From positions 185,663 to 249,662 of the forward strand of contig CAZEQZ010000002.1 in NCBI GenBank assembly GCA_964514595.1: a DNA stretch of 64,000 nt, in the 5' to 3' direction. The notes below the pieces were generated by a model. It had not been told where the DNA came from. It saw only the letters and a list, made by a program, of their open reading frames with translations, and made no database searches. Shown one piece after another: positions 1-9,773 of the stretch. This stretch comes from an uncultured Candidatus Saccharibacteria bacterium. Its GTDB lineage: Bacteria; Patescibacteriota; Dojkabacteria; SC72. Position 1 is the first letter of the stretch; every line of letters begins with the position of its first letter. The translations under genes were made by a program, and so were the position numbers.

Positions 1-1790
1 TCCAATTCATGTCCATGAATTGCCATCTCCACATCCTCGACTATGTTTACTCTTTCTGGATTCAATTCTATTTTGTCTCCCTCTAGTTTGGCACTACTTA
101 ATAAGGTATTTATCAATTTAATCTCGTTATCTACAGCTGTCTTTATCCTCTTTAGATACAATTCAAATTTATCCCTATTATTAAGAAGATCCTCTGTGAA
201 ATTCTCTAGAAGCTCTGCATTTAACTTAACAACAGTAGCAGGTGTTCTTAATTCATGACCCATTATGTCTATCATGTCAGACTCTTTTCTGCGAGCTTCT
301 TCTAATTGCTCAATCTTTTCTTGGAGCTCCTTGGTTTGCTCAGATACTTTCTGTTGAAGAGAAAGATTCAGATCCTGAACTTGACTATATAATATAGATC
401 TACTGAATGCGACAGAAAAACTTACTATGAGCTCCTCTAGATAGTCTATATCTTCGACTGTAAACGGATTCTTATTATTCTTCCTACCAAGTACTATCAC
501 TCCATTTAAATGGACCTTCCGATTAAGCGGAAGAATTATTTCTATATCATCTTTCTCCATAAATGAAAGGATCCTTTGAAGATACGGATTATCTATTTTT
601 GAGGACAGTAGTTCCTCTTTAGCTATAACCGTACTATGACCTATTTCATCCCAATAGTAGATAACTTGCAGAAGATTTCTGTTATCCAAAGGTCTATCTT
701 GGAATTCTCTCAACTTTTTATATAATATCGTTGCGTTATCACTGTCAAATATTATTACTCCAGATTTATCCAAATCAAATATAACATCTATAGCCTTTAA
801 TACCACTATCCCTAGTTTCTCGATATTTAATTCTGTACTAATACTTCTTAAAAATTTCTCCCTTATCTCCTCAGCTCGTTCACTTTTAAATCCAACCACT
901 GGATTCAATTTTCTGTTTAAAAAGTCCCCTAGAATAGAGTATAAGAGGACAAATAATATAGATGTTCCTATACCGATAACATATGTCAAAAACACATCTT
1001 TTGTTAGTTCAAATGTGGGGAGTAGATTGAGAAGTAATACAAAAAACAGGAATGGTATTACGGTAAGGGAAGCGTAGTACGTTAACTTTCCTAAAAGGAA
1101 TTTAACACTGAACAAGCGATGGCTAGTAACAGTGTATGTTGTGATTACACTAAATATACTAACTGCTACTGGTCCCCAAAATGCTGAAGCAGAGCTTTTT
1201 GTTATTATTGGCAGTATTACATTTGTAAAGATTGCAAATATAGATGCCAGGACCATTCCTATTGTTATATATGACATTTGCAAGTATTCTAAGCCTCTCG
1301 AGATCTTTCTTAATTTGAATATAGAGTAGATCAGGTAACCTATACCTATGACAACAAAAAATACATATATTAATGCTAATATTCCAAATTCCACAGCTGG
1401 ATAATTTGAGCCCTCTACCGCAATCATTTCCCTCACCAAAAAAGGAGTGAAGGCAAAAAGAGCCATTAAAAACCCAAGTATATTTATAACTTTTTGTAAT
1501 ATTGACTTTTCTTCATCGGCATATGATGAAAAGAATGAGGTATAACTAGCTACTGCTATTGCTGTCGTGGAGAAGGTCAATCTTGCAAACCAAATTGCTA
1601 TTTCTAAATTAGTTGTTCTAGTTATTGAGAATATAGAGAGAACCCAAAGTACGATACTAACATTGAATAGAAAGAGACTCTTTAAACCTTTCTCTCTTTT
1701 CCTTAAAAGTACCCAAACCAAGTACACATGTAGAAGAATTTGCAAGCCAAATAGTGTATATTCAAACACATTAGAAAAGTTACTATTTTA
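1..1790 (-). CDS. Sensor histidine kinase, partial (C-terminal HATPase part lies beyond window start); N-terminal multi-TM region, GAF-like domain, HisKA
   Basis: Minus-strand translation is open from about 1787 to position 1 with no stop. It contains the H-box MIDIMGHELRTPATV (plus coordinates about 250-285), a preceding coiled-coil linker, a GAF-like segment and at least six hydrophobic helices near the N-terminus. The start codon is uncertain (no ATG near the 5' end; possibly GTG/TTG). Confidence 0.6.
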
Positions 1791-1810
1791 ACTTTCTTAA
1801 TATACTATAT

Positions 1811-3451
1811 TTACCTTCTAACTTCCATCTTCTCTTGGGGAACTTGAACATAGTACAGGGACACATTCATTGGAAATTTCCCTGTATCATTTATATTTTC
1901 ATAAATATAATTCATCTTTAGATCTTTCTCATTTGGCCAAAGCTCACTTACTGCAATATCCAAAGAAACATCCTTGTTCTCAATCATATACTCCCTTATC
2001 CTATTTAGGATTTCATCCCTCTTAACATTATCAAATCCGTCTTCTGTGAAAAAATATTTTGCTCCTGTAAGTATAGTTCTTATGTTGTCAGGGTCCTCCC
2101 TATTTAATTCCACTCCTTCGACCTTCTCAAATTCCTTAACTCCTAAATTTTTCAATATCCTATTAAAAAGCATTACTCTATCGGGGGTAGCAGTAAAGAA
2201 AAGGATCCCCAAATTCTGGTCATACACTTCTTTATAAATTCTTTCTATAACTCTCTTGATAGATTCCAAACCTATTCTATTGTATTCCTCACCGTATGCA
2301 CTTATAGTCCCCAATCTCCTTATTTCTCCTGTCTTTCTGTTTTGAGGAATAAGTTTGTCAAAATCTTTTGGTAAAACAAACAAATCTCCAAACTCCCAAG
2401 AATCTAAATTGTAATCTTCCTCTATATCGAAAGTAGCTATAGCACCTGGGACATTCATCCCTATGATCGATGCTAAAACTGTAAGGCTTTTCTTGTGTTT
2501 TTTATCCTGTTCATCCACTCCTGTTACTATTGGATTTATCTTCTCAGAATAATTTCTCTCTCTAAACCTTTCCAATAACTCTCTTGCTGAAGATGCGAGG
2601 ATGTCCAAAGCAAAGGTTCCATTAACTTTGGGTTCTACTTCATTTATTTTTCTTAGTTGTAAAGTAAGGTTGTGTCCTAGATAATCACCTCTTTTTAAAT
2701 ATTCTACTTCAAACAAACCTGTTTGCTTTATAAAATCTAACATCTCTTGCTCTCCAAAAAGCTGACTGGTAGGAAGTATTTCTTCCTTATTTCTTCTTAT
2801 GGCATTTTTAGTTTCAGGATTCTTTATATTTTTTATAGATTCAGAGATCTCTCCTCTCTTTGATGCAGAAGAAACTTCTTTCATTAGTCCCTTCATAGTG
2901 TTCATTAAACCAACATTTTGCGTAGAAGATAGGGGATCCGTAATTATCAAAGTTCCATTCTCCTTTAATAATCTCCAAGCATTCAGTAATACTGTCCATC
3001 GTCTATATAATGCTTCCTCTTTATCAAGGTGACCTATCCCTGTTGTGACTGCATACCAGGAATTTTCTAATATTACTGTGTCTAACAACTCTCCACCCCC
3101 TCCTAGATACCTTTCTACCAGAAACGGATCCGATATATTCGTATTAAAGAAAGAGAAATTCTTATCCTCCGGTAGATTACGAGACATTTCAAAACTATTG
3201 TCAAAACCTACTAATCTATACATATCCTTGCCCCAAGCCTTATTAAACTTGATCAAGACCTCGGATATAGGTGCAGGACCACATCCAAACTCTGCGATTA
3301 ATGAAGGAGTACTTGGATTATTATATGCATGTTCTTGGGTTATTAATTCGACAATACTTAAATCCAATTCTTTTTTGGCACTTGCGGTTGTAACTTCATT
3401 GTATTCTGTTTTTCCATACTGTCCCCAGATTTCTTTTGCTTCAGTTTCCAT
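1811..3451 (-). CDS. Class I SAM-dependent methyltransferase domain (N-terminal about 200 aa, motif I AEFGCGPAP) fused to a C-terminal domain of about 340 aa with unknown function
   Basis: The 546-aa ORF has a Rossmann-type MTase glycine-rich motif (EFGCGPAP) followed by an acidic residue at the end of beta-2 and a post-I motif (TLIITDP). The C-terminal half has no recognisable motif. Confidence 0.5.
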   Translation of the reverse strand: METEAKEIWGQYGKTEYNEVTTASAKKELDLSIVELITQEHAYNNPSTPSLIAEFGCGPAPISEVLIKFNKAWGKDMYRLVGFDNSFEMSRNLPEDKNFSFFNTNISDPFLVERYLGGGGELLDTVILENSWYAVTTGIGHLDKEEALYRRWTVLLNAWRLLKENGTLIITDPLSSTQNVGLMNTMKGLMKEVSSASKRGEISESIKNIKNPETKNAIRRNKEEILPTSQLFGEQEMLDFIKQTGLFEVEYLKRGDYLGHNLTLQLRKINEVEPKVNGTFALDILASSARELLERFRERNYSEKINPIVTGVDEQDKKHKKSLTVLASIIGMNVPGAIATFDIEEDYNLDSWEFGDLFVLPKDFDKLIPQNRKTGEIRRLGTISAYGEEYNRIGLESIKRVIERIYKEVYDQNLGILFFTATPDRVMLFNRILKNLGVKEFEKVEGVELNREDPDNIRTILTGAKYFFTEDGFDNVKRDEILNRIREYMIENKDVSLDIAVSELWPNEKDLKMNYIYENINDTGKFPMNVSLYYVQVPQEKMEVRR

Positions 3452-3525
3452 TCAGATTATAACCAATTTAACCTATAGTATTATATCCCAAATGATGTAT
3501 TTTTGTCCACTAAATACAATAAGAC

Positions 3526-4176
3526 TTAGATACTTATTATGAAAGCCTCTATCTTTCCATCCTTGCCTATAGATTCTATCTTCAAATCACTAAATTTTAC
3601 TAAATTAACAGAATAATCCTTTTCGTGGATAATCCAAAAACCAGTAGATATATGGTTTTCATTATAGAAATATTTAATCAATTTTCTAAACTCATGCAGT
3701 GAATCACCATCTATCCAATCATCACCTATCTTCCCCAGACCTAAATCCATTATATAGCCCACTCTTCCATACTTATTGCCTAAAGAATTTCTTAAAATAT
3801 TACTTAATATCTCGACGTGCTGCCTCTTACTATTCAAATCAATCGAATCAAATCCGTAGAGATTTATATCTAAGGCTTTTCTATAATCGTTCTCAAATTG
3901 ATTAATCATCTCCTCGGTTTCTCCACTACGTGCTAAAAGAAAACCAGCAGGATTTAATTCTTCGTCATCGTAAATAATACCACTGAAAACTGAAGTATCT
4001 CTTAAAATCTCTTCTAATTCTTCTTTAATAGCACCCCCATTCTCTTCCTTACCAAATGGAGGATTAGAGTATCTATCTACATAGTATTTAACAAATACTG
4101 AACTTGGGTCTACTTCTGAATTGTCACCTGTTGTAATTTCTTCTATTTCTCTATCCATACTTCCCTCCCATAGCAT
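3526..4176 (-). CDS. Hypothetical protein (about 216 aa); the ORF-track N-terminus (to 4305) overlaps rnpB and is rejected
   Basis: The ORF is open to 4305, but the first 43 codons lie inside the RNase P RNA gene. The first Met downstream of the RNA 3' end is at 4176 (alternatively 4158). It contains an NPPFG motif of unclear meaning. Confidence 0.4.
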   Translation of the reverse strand: MLWEGSMDREIEEITTGDNSEVDPSSVFVKYYVDRYSNPPFGKEENGGAIKEELEEILRDTSVFSGIIYDDEELNPAGFLLARSGETEEMINQFENDYRKALDINLYGFDSIDLNSKRQHVEILSNILRNSLGNKYGRVGYIMDLGLGKIGDDWIDGDSLHEFRKLIKYFYNENHISTGFWIIHEKDYSVNLVKFSDLKIESIGKDGKIEAFIISI

Positions 4177-4214
4177 AATAATATCAGTACTAAAGAAAGA
4201 TCTCAATATACCAA

Positions 4215-4512
4215 GAAAATACGCAAGTACACAATAAGCCGGATTCTGTATAACGATGATTATCTGTCTATGCGGTTTAACCTTGCTCCGGGTGGGGGTT
4301 ACCACGCAATACTGTATTACTACAGTACCCGGTAGTCTCTTACACTACCATTTCACCCTTACCTAATAAATTAGGCGGTATATCTTTCTGTTGCCCTTTT
4401 CTCCGAAAGATCACTCCCTCCCAACTCTCGTTGGCACCCTTTCGTGGAGTCCGGACTTTCCTCACTTACTTTAAAAAAGCAAGCGTAATCATCTAGTAGT
4501 ACTTGCGTGTTG
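4215..4512 (-). ncRNA. rnpB: RNase P RNA, bacterial type A (M1 RNA homologue), about 295 nt
   Basis: The minus-strand sequence contains GAGGAAAGTCCGGACTCCACGAAAGGGTGCCAAC (P4 strand), GGGCAACAGAAAGATATACCGCC, GGTAAGGGTGAAATGGTAGTGTAAGAGACTACC, CCCACCCGGAGCAAGG and ACAGAATCCGGCTTAT. These follow E. coli M1 RNA block by block. The P1 stem is formed by ACGCAAGTAC (4499-4508) pairing with GTACTTGCGT (4221-4230). Confidence 0.85.
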
Positions 4513-4520
4513 ATATTATA

Positions 4521-5426
4521 CTATTTTTTACGCTTTTTTTGAATCAATATGACCGGAACTACTATCAAGGCTATTACTGGAATGAATACAATCAACCATA
4601 TAATTCCACTCCCAACAAACTTTGCGAAACCAACTAAAGCCCTTATAGCATCCCTCAAGACACCCTCTGGTCTCCATTCATCCTCTACTAGATCTGCACC
4701 TACACTACTTTGAGATATATGCATATATATATACGAATATTTTGTTTGATTTCCTATGTTCTTTAATTCTGCTTCTACCCTCTCAATATTGTACCTAACC
4801 TCATTTAATTCTTTATAAATAGCTAATGTCTCTTCTACAGTTGTAGAATTTCCTAAAAGGGTTACAAACTGAGTTTCTACACTTTTATAATTACTTAATC
4901 TAGCTTCTAAATCTACTACCGTATCTGTCACATCACTCTCACTAATTGAAGAACTTAGAAATTCACCATCCAAATCTTTAAGTCTATTATATAACTCTTC
5001 AAATTTACTCTCTTCCACCTTTATTGTTAAACCAACACCCCTATCTTTCCCTTTTCCATAGTCATTTAGATTGATCACAGAGGCGTTAAATTCAGCCCTG
5101 ACAGCTGTTATCTCATCTAATGATTCATCTATATCATCTACAGCTATATTTATACTACCTGTTCTAATTATGCTTCTTGTTTCATCGGAATATTCATAAG
5201 AATAGCTTTCTTCCTTCATCATGACATCAGGCTCTATATATGCGCTATCCTCATACATCCCTGGGCCCCCATACCCCATTCCATAGCCTCCATAGTAGTC
5301 GTTTGTCGTATTCATATATCCATCTTTTACTTTGTATATCCAAAATCCAGCTAGAAAAACGAGAGGGATAAAGAAAATAATTGCCAAAGATATTAAAACA
5401 ATCTTTAGAGTTTTGTTATTTTTCAT
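4521..5426 (-). CDS. DUF4349-like membrane protein (N-terminal TM, coiled coil, C-terminal TM)
   Basis: The 301-aa protein has an N-terminal hydrophobic helix, a Gly/Tyr-rich low-complexity stretch, the DVTDTVVDLEARL...ELNEVRYNIERVEAEL coiled coil typical of DUF4349, and a C-terminal TM plus KKRKK tail. Confidence 0.5.
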   Translation of the reverse strand: MKNNKTLKIVLISLAIIFFIPLVFLAGFWIYKVKDGYMNTTNDYYGGYGMGYGGPGMYEDSAYIEPDVMMKEESYSYEYSDETRSIIRTGSINIAVDDIDESLDEITAVRAEFNASVINLNDYGKGKDRGVGLTIKVEESKFEELYNRLKDLDGEFLSSSISESDVTDTVVDLEARLSNYKSVETQFVTLLGNSTTVEETLAIYKELNEVRYNIERVEAELKNIGNQTKYSYIYMHISQSSVGADLVEDEWRPEGVLRDAIRALVGFAKFVGSGIIWLIVFIPVIALIVVPVILIQKKRKK

Positions 5427-5487
5427 ATGTGGAGATGATTAAATTATCCTAAATGATAGGGGATACTTATAAACATTACAATAGAAA

Positions 5488-5880
5488 CTACCTCTTTGAG
5501 AATTGAGGCTTCTTCCTAGCTTTAACATGATGATACTTCTTCCTTTCAACTGCCCTAGGATCTCTAGATACTAGCTTTTCTTTTCTCAATGTTGTTTTAA
5601 GCTCAGGATCCATTCCATACAATGCTCTAGCCAAGCCCAATCTTACAGCTTCCAACTGACCATTTATACCACCTCCAGATACCTTTGCCGTAAAGTAGTA
5701 CTTCCCTTCAAGACCTAACACTATTAAGGGTCTGTTTACAATTTTCTCCGCATCATTTTTAGCTGAAAAATATTCGCTAACTGCATTACCATTAACAGAA
5801 GACGCTTTATCTCCCTTGTATAGCCTCACTCTAGCTGTAGATGTTTTTCTTCTTCCTATTCCTTCTGTATACTTCTCCAC
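5488..5880 (-). CDS. rpsI: 30S ribosomal protein S9
   Basis: GRRKTSTARVRLY core and C-terminal RKKPQFSKR. Confidence 0.92.
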   Translation of the reverse strand: MEKYTEGIGRRKTSTARVRLYKGDKASSVNGNAVSEYFSAKNDAEKIVNRPLIVLGLEGKYYFTAKVSGGGINGQLEAVRLGLARALYGMDPELKTTLRKEKLVSRDPRAVERKKYHHVKARKKPQFSKR

Positions 5881-5891
5881 TATTTAAAATT

Positions 5892-6326
5892 TTATAATTT
5901 AATTTCAACTGGTTTTTGAGCAGAATTCTTATGTTCCAAATTCTTATAGACGATTAATCTGGTCATCCTCCTGTCTCTATGTTTATTCTGCGGTAACATG
6001 TTCTTTACTGAATCCTCTATAACCTTTCTCGAATCTTTAACCATCTGTTCATCAAATCTGGTCTCTTTATAACCACCAGGATACCCTGAGTGTCTATAAT
6101 ACATTTTCTTTTTCTCTTTGCCCCTTGTTAACTTAACAAAGTCACTATTTACTACTATTACATAATCTCCACAATCTACATTAGGAACTATCTCAGGTTT
6201 CTCTTTACCTATTAATAAGGATGCTATTTGGGTGGAGGCCCTGCCTAATATCTGATCCTTAACATCAATCAAGTACCACTTCCTTTCAACATCTTCTTTA
6301 TTTGTCCAACTAGTTTTATATTTCAT
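5892..6326 (-). CDS. rplM: 50S ribosomal protein L13
   Basis: KWYLIDVKDQILGRAST... signature; located directly upstream of rpsI. Confidence 0.9.
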   Translation of the reverse strand: MKYKTSWTNKEDVERKWYLIDVKDQILGRASTQIASLLIGKEKPEIVPNVDCGDYVIVVNSDFVKLTRGKEKKKMYYRHSGYPGGYKETRFDEQMVKDSRKVIEDSVKNMLPQNKHRDRRMTRLIVYKNLEHKNSAQKPVEIKL

Positions 6327-6342
6327 AATTTGTTAACCTCAA

Positions 6343-6855
6343 TTAAATACCTGCTCTACTTCTAGCTCTTTCTGTTTTTTTAATAACTGCAGTTTTATCA
6401 ACTCTCTTATCTACATCTAATTCAATTTTTCTATGTTCATCATGCTCATGATGCTTAGCTTCTTTCTCTTCTTTTTCTTCCTTCTTAACTACTTTCTTTC
6501 CTTTTTTCTCCAAACCTAGGAGAAACACCCTAGATTTCTCTGCATTATCACCATCTCTAAAACCAACTCTAACAAATCCAACTCCAGCACTATCCTTTTT
6601 AATATATTCAAAATACTTTTTAACCAAATCCTCTTTACCTAAAATGTTCTGAAGCTCCCTTCTGAAAGATAGTTCATCTTTTGTACCTTTACCTTTCTGT
6701 ATTATGGACATAGCTTCTTTTTTCAGAGCCTTCGCTTTAGGAGTAGTTGTTACTACATAGTTATTATCAAAGAGAGATCTTAGAAGATTACTTACTAAAG
6801 CATCTCTATGTGACTTCTTTCTTCCTAATTTTGCTCTCTTTACTCTTTTGTACAT
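6343..6855 (-). CDS. rplQ: 50S ribosomal protein L17 with K/E-rich C-terminal extension
   Basis: N-terminal KLGRKKSHRDALVSNLL... matches L17. It is 170 aa long with a charged tail and follows rpoA. Confidence 0.9.
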   Translation of the reverse strand: MYKRVKRAKLGRKKSHRDALVSNLLRSLFDNNYVVTTTPKAKALKKEAMSIIQKGKGTKDELSFRRELQNILGKEDLVKKYFEYIKKDSAGVGFVRVGFRDGDNAEKSRVFLLGLEKKGKKVVKKEEKEEKEAKHHEHDEHRKIELDVDKRVDKTAVIKKTERARSRAGI

Positions 6856-6860
6856 TCCCC

Positions 6861-7826
6861 CTATGCTCCTTTAATATTAATTCCATACTCAGTTAAAAGC
6901 TCCAAGACTTCATTCAATGACTTGTTACCGAACCCTGGCAAATTCAATAGTTCTGTGGCTGTAGTATTTCTAAGATCACCAACTGTTTTGAATCCACCAG
7001 AAAGAAGTCCTGTCTTAGATCTCTTTGATATTGGTAATTCTTCTATCTTCCATCCCCCTATCTCATCATCTTCCTGTCCAACTATCTCTTCAGAAGCTTC
7101 AACTTGATTGGCCTCTTCGGCTAATTCTATAACTTCCCTTTCTGACATACCCATAGCAATCATTACTTTACCTGCAAATTCTTGCAAAATTCTAGATGAC
7201 TGGACTAACGCATCTTTAGGAGAAATGCTTCCATCGGAAGTCACTCCTATCAACACTGCATCCAAATCGGTCTCCTGTCCTTTTCTAGCCTGCTCCACAC
7301 TTAAGCTAACTCTTTCTATTGGAGTAAAATCACAATCTAGAGGTATAAGACCTATCTCTTTCCTTTCCCCTGTATCAACTCCTCTATACCCTACTCCTGA
7401 TTCTACGGTAATATTCATTACCAGTTCAGAGGATGTATCTGTTAGTTCTGCCAAGACCAAATCCTTATTCACTACCTCCAAATCTCCGGTAATCTCAATA
7501 TCACCAGCTGTTACAACTTTCTTTCCTTTGGCTTCCAATTTACAGGAAAACACCTCATCCATCTCCGTTTTGAATTTAACCTGCTTAAGGTTCAAAATTA
7601 TATCCACAACTGTCTCTTTAACTCCGTCTAAAGTCGAATATTCATGATCAACCCCTTTTATCTGCACAGCTGTAATACCTGTACCCTTCAAACTAGAGTA
7701 AAGGATTCTCCTTAGGGCATTCCCAAGAGTATGACCATATCCTCTTGGAAGAGGAGATATTTCAAACAATCCGTAATTATCTTTCTCCTCCTTTATTGTT
7801 ACCTTTATATCTTTAAAAGCTTCCAT
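6861..7826 (-). CDS. rpoA: DNA-directed RNA polymerase subunit alpha
   Basis: N-terminal domain (GYGHTLGNALRRILLSS) and C-terminal domain (helix-hairpin-helix region LLNLPGFGNKSLNEV). Confidence 0.92.
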   Translation of the reverse strand: MEAFKDIKVTIKEEKDNYGLFEISPLPRGYGHTLGNALRRILYSSLKGTGITAVQIKGVDHEYSTLDGVKETVVDIILNLKQVKFKTEMDEVFSCKLEAKGKKVVTAGDIEITGDLEVVNKDLVLAELTDTSSELVMNITVESGVGYRGVDTGERKEIGLIPLDCDFTPIERVSLSVEQARKGQETDLDAVLIGVTSDGSISPKDALVQSSRILQEFAGKVMIAMGMSEREVIELAEEANQVEASEEIVGQEDDEIGGWKIEELPISKRSKTGLLSGGFKTVGDLRNTTATELLNLPGFGNKSLNEVLELLTEYGINIKGA

Positions 7827-7843
7827 TTAAAAAATATTTAAAA

Positions 7844-8455
7844 TTATCTAGAGTAGAACTCAATTATTAAGTTCTCCTTAATTCCTTCATCCATATCATC
7901 TCTTATCGGTAATCTTACAATCTTACATTTTGTATCCTTGCTCTCTATCCAATCAGGTGTCTTAAAAAACTTCTCTGTGGGAGCCAACTTTGCCTTTACC
8001 AACTCTACAGAATCTCCCTCCTTAAGCTCTAGAGAAGGAATACTTATTTTCTCCCCATTGACCTTCACATGACCATGAGTTACAAACTGCCTAGCAGAAG
8101 CTCTAGAAGGAGCCAAACCGGCAAGATATATCACATTGTCTAACCTAAGTTCTAAAAGTCTTAAAAACTCCAATCCTTTATCTGAGTTGAAAAATTTAGA
8201 CCTTCTGTCCGCTTCCTTAAAACTTAACTTCATCTTTTTTTCTCTAAGACCATACATTCTCTTCACCTTCTGCTTCTCTCTTAACTGAAAACCATAGTTA
8301 GACAACCTTGCCCTTCTCTGATTTCCATGCTGACCCGGAGGAAATGGCTTCCTTGCAAGGCCACTTTTCTCAGAAAATGATCTAGCACCCTTGAGATGCA
8401 GATTTACTCCCTCTCTCCTACTTAATTTTTCTTTTGGTCCTGTATATCTACCCAT
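7844..8455 (-). CDS. rpsD: 30S ribosomal protein S4
   Basis: MGRYTGPKEKLSRREG..., contains an S4 RNA-binding domain; conserved operon position. Confidence 0.92.
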   Translation of the reverse strand: MGRYTGPKEKLSRREGVNLHLKGARSFSEKSGLARKPFPPGQHGNQRRARLSNYGFQLREKQKVKRMYGLREKKMKLSFKEADRRSKFFNSDKGLEFLRLLELRLDNVIYLAGLAPSRASARQFVTHGHVKVNGEKISIPSLELKEGDSVELVKAKLAPTEKFFKTPDWIESKDTKCKIVRLPIRDDMDEGIKENLIIEFYSR

Positions 8456-8476
8456 TTATAACAAAAAATATATTAA

Positions 8477-8857
8477 TTACTTTCTAGGAGCTTTTCTCGG
8501 CCTACATCCATTATGTGGAATAGGGGTCCTATCAACCAACATAGTAATTCTTAAACCTGCTGAATCCAATCCTTTAACTGCTGCATTTCTTCCCGCTCCT
8601 GGCCCCTTTATGAAAACCTTTACCTCTTTAAGTCCATATTTCTTTATAACTCTTTCTGCCACCTCCATAGCAGCCTTAGTAGCTGCAAATGCTGTACTCC
8701 TTTTTGCTCCTTTAAATCCAACCCTCGCAGGACTTCCCTGTCCTAAAAGCTCACCTTCATTATCTGTCAAACTTATTATTGTATTGTTAAAAGTTGATTG
8801 AATAGACGCAATTCCACTCTGTACGCTCTTTTTTGTTTTACTTTTAACTTTAGCCAT
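8477..8857 (-). CDS. rpsK: 30S ribosomal protein S11
   Basis: C-terminal GLRITMLVDRTPIPHNGCRPRKAPR signature. Confidence 0.92.
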   Translation of the reverse strand: MAKVKSKTKKSVQSGIASIQSTFNNTIISLTDNEGELLGQGSPARVGFKGAKRSTAFAATKAAMEVAERVIKKYGLKEVKVFIKGPGAGRNAAVKGLDSAGLRITMLVDRTPIPHNGCRPRKAPRK

Positions 8858-8860
8858 ATT

Positions 8861-9244
8861 TTATGTTTTTTCTAATTTACGCTTTAATCCACCAACAGGT
8901 TTACTTCTACCTTTCCTTGTTCTTGCATTATGCCTAGTTCTCTGTCCCCTAACCGGCAAACCTAATTTATGCCTTATACCTCTATAACTTCTGGTATCCT
9001 TCAGTCTCTTTACATCCCTAAATATTCCCTGTCTTAATTCTCCCTCTACTTTGTAATTTTCTTCTATGTATTTTCTTATTACATCCAACTCTGCTTCACT
9101 CATATCTTTAACAAACTTATTTGCATCCAACCTTGTTTTCTCACATAACTCCTTGGCCTTACTCTCTCCTATCCCATAGACGCTTAAAAGAGAGACCCAG
9201 AGTCTCTTCTCGTTTGGTATTTCTATTCCAGCTACCCTTGCCAT
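8861..9244 (-). CDS. rpsM: 30S ribosomal protein S13
   Basis: MARVAGIEIP... and RGIRHKLGLPVRGQRTRHNARTRKG. Confidence 0.92.
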   Translation of the reverse strand: MARVAGIEIPNEKRLWVSLLSVYGIGESKAKELCEKTRLDANKFVKDMSEAELDVIRKYIEENYKVEGELRQGIFRDVKRLKDTRSYRGIRHKLGLPVRGQRTRHNARTRKGRSKPVGGLKRKLEKT

Positions 9245-9269
9245 TTAATAATCGTATAACTTAATTAAA

Positions 9270-9386
9270 TTATCCCTGCCTTTGCTTATGTTTAGGATTC
9301 TTCTTACAATATACATAAACTCTTCTTTTCCTCTTAACAACGTAACAATCCGGACATCTTTTTTTTGCTGACGCTTGAACTTTCAT
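9270..9386 (-). CDS. rpmJ: 50S ribosomal protein L36 (38 aa, zinc ribbon), absent from the ORF track
   Basis: Minus-strand translation gives [38 protein letters not shown], lying between rpsM and infA in the canonical position. Confidence 0.85.
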   Translation of the reverse strand: MKVQASAKKRCPDCYVVKRKRRVYVYCKKNPKHKQRQG

Positions 9387-9393
9387 AACTACA

Positions 9394-9627
9394 TTAATTC
9401 ATATATCTATATGTTATTCGCCCCTTCTCTTTGTCATATGGAGTCATCTCAATCCTAACCTTATCCCCCTCTAAGATACGGATATAATGCATTCTCATCT
9501 TTCCGGAGAGATATCCAACTACCTCATGCTTCTTCCCTTCTACATCAATCTCCACAACGAATTGAGTGTTAGGCAAACATTCCTTCACTATACCATCGAA
9601 TTCAAATACTTTTTTGCTTTCTTTCAT
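9394..9627 (-). CDS. infA: Translation initiation factor IF-1
   Basis: A 77-aa protein with an S1-like fold and an infA-like core ([45 protein letters not shown]). Confidence 0.9.
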   Translation of the reverse strand: MKESKKVFEFDGIVKECLPNTQFVVEIDVEGKKHEVVGYLSGKMRMHYIRILEGDKVRIEMTPYDKEKGRITYRYMN

Positions 9628-9773
9628 AAGTATCCCTTTTTCTCTTTGTAAATAGAGTCCTCAGAATTATATCAAAGGAATACCTTTAATTCAACAAAAA
9701 TAGTTGAACCATGGTTGTTTTCACTAACAAAGGAACAGAGAAAGCATAACAAAAAAAAAGAATATTTACAAGA

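Noticed and set aside
3990-4100. YSNPPFG motif as evidence for an N6-adenine/N4-cytosine DNA methyltransferase
   Set aside because: No FxGxG SAM-binding motif I is recognisable anywhere in the 216-aa protein and there is no adjacent restriction component, so a single tetrapeptide is insufficient.
3526-4305. ORF-track N-terminus (MVTPTRSKVKPHRQ...) of the 259-aa ORF
   Set aside because: The first 43 codons lie inside the RNase P RNA gene on the same strand. The coding start is more plausibly the internal Met at 4176 or 4158.
7108-7647. 179-aa plus-strand ORF (and similar plus-strand ORFs at 6922, 8391, 17508, 18411, 19490, 23952, 24471 and others) inside the ribosomal operon
   Set aside because: They are antisense to well-supported ribosomal protein, rpoA and EF genes. 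They have Ser/Leu/Pro-rich low-complexity translations typical of shadow ORFs and no independent evidence.
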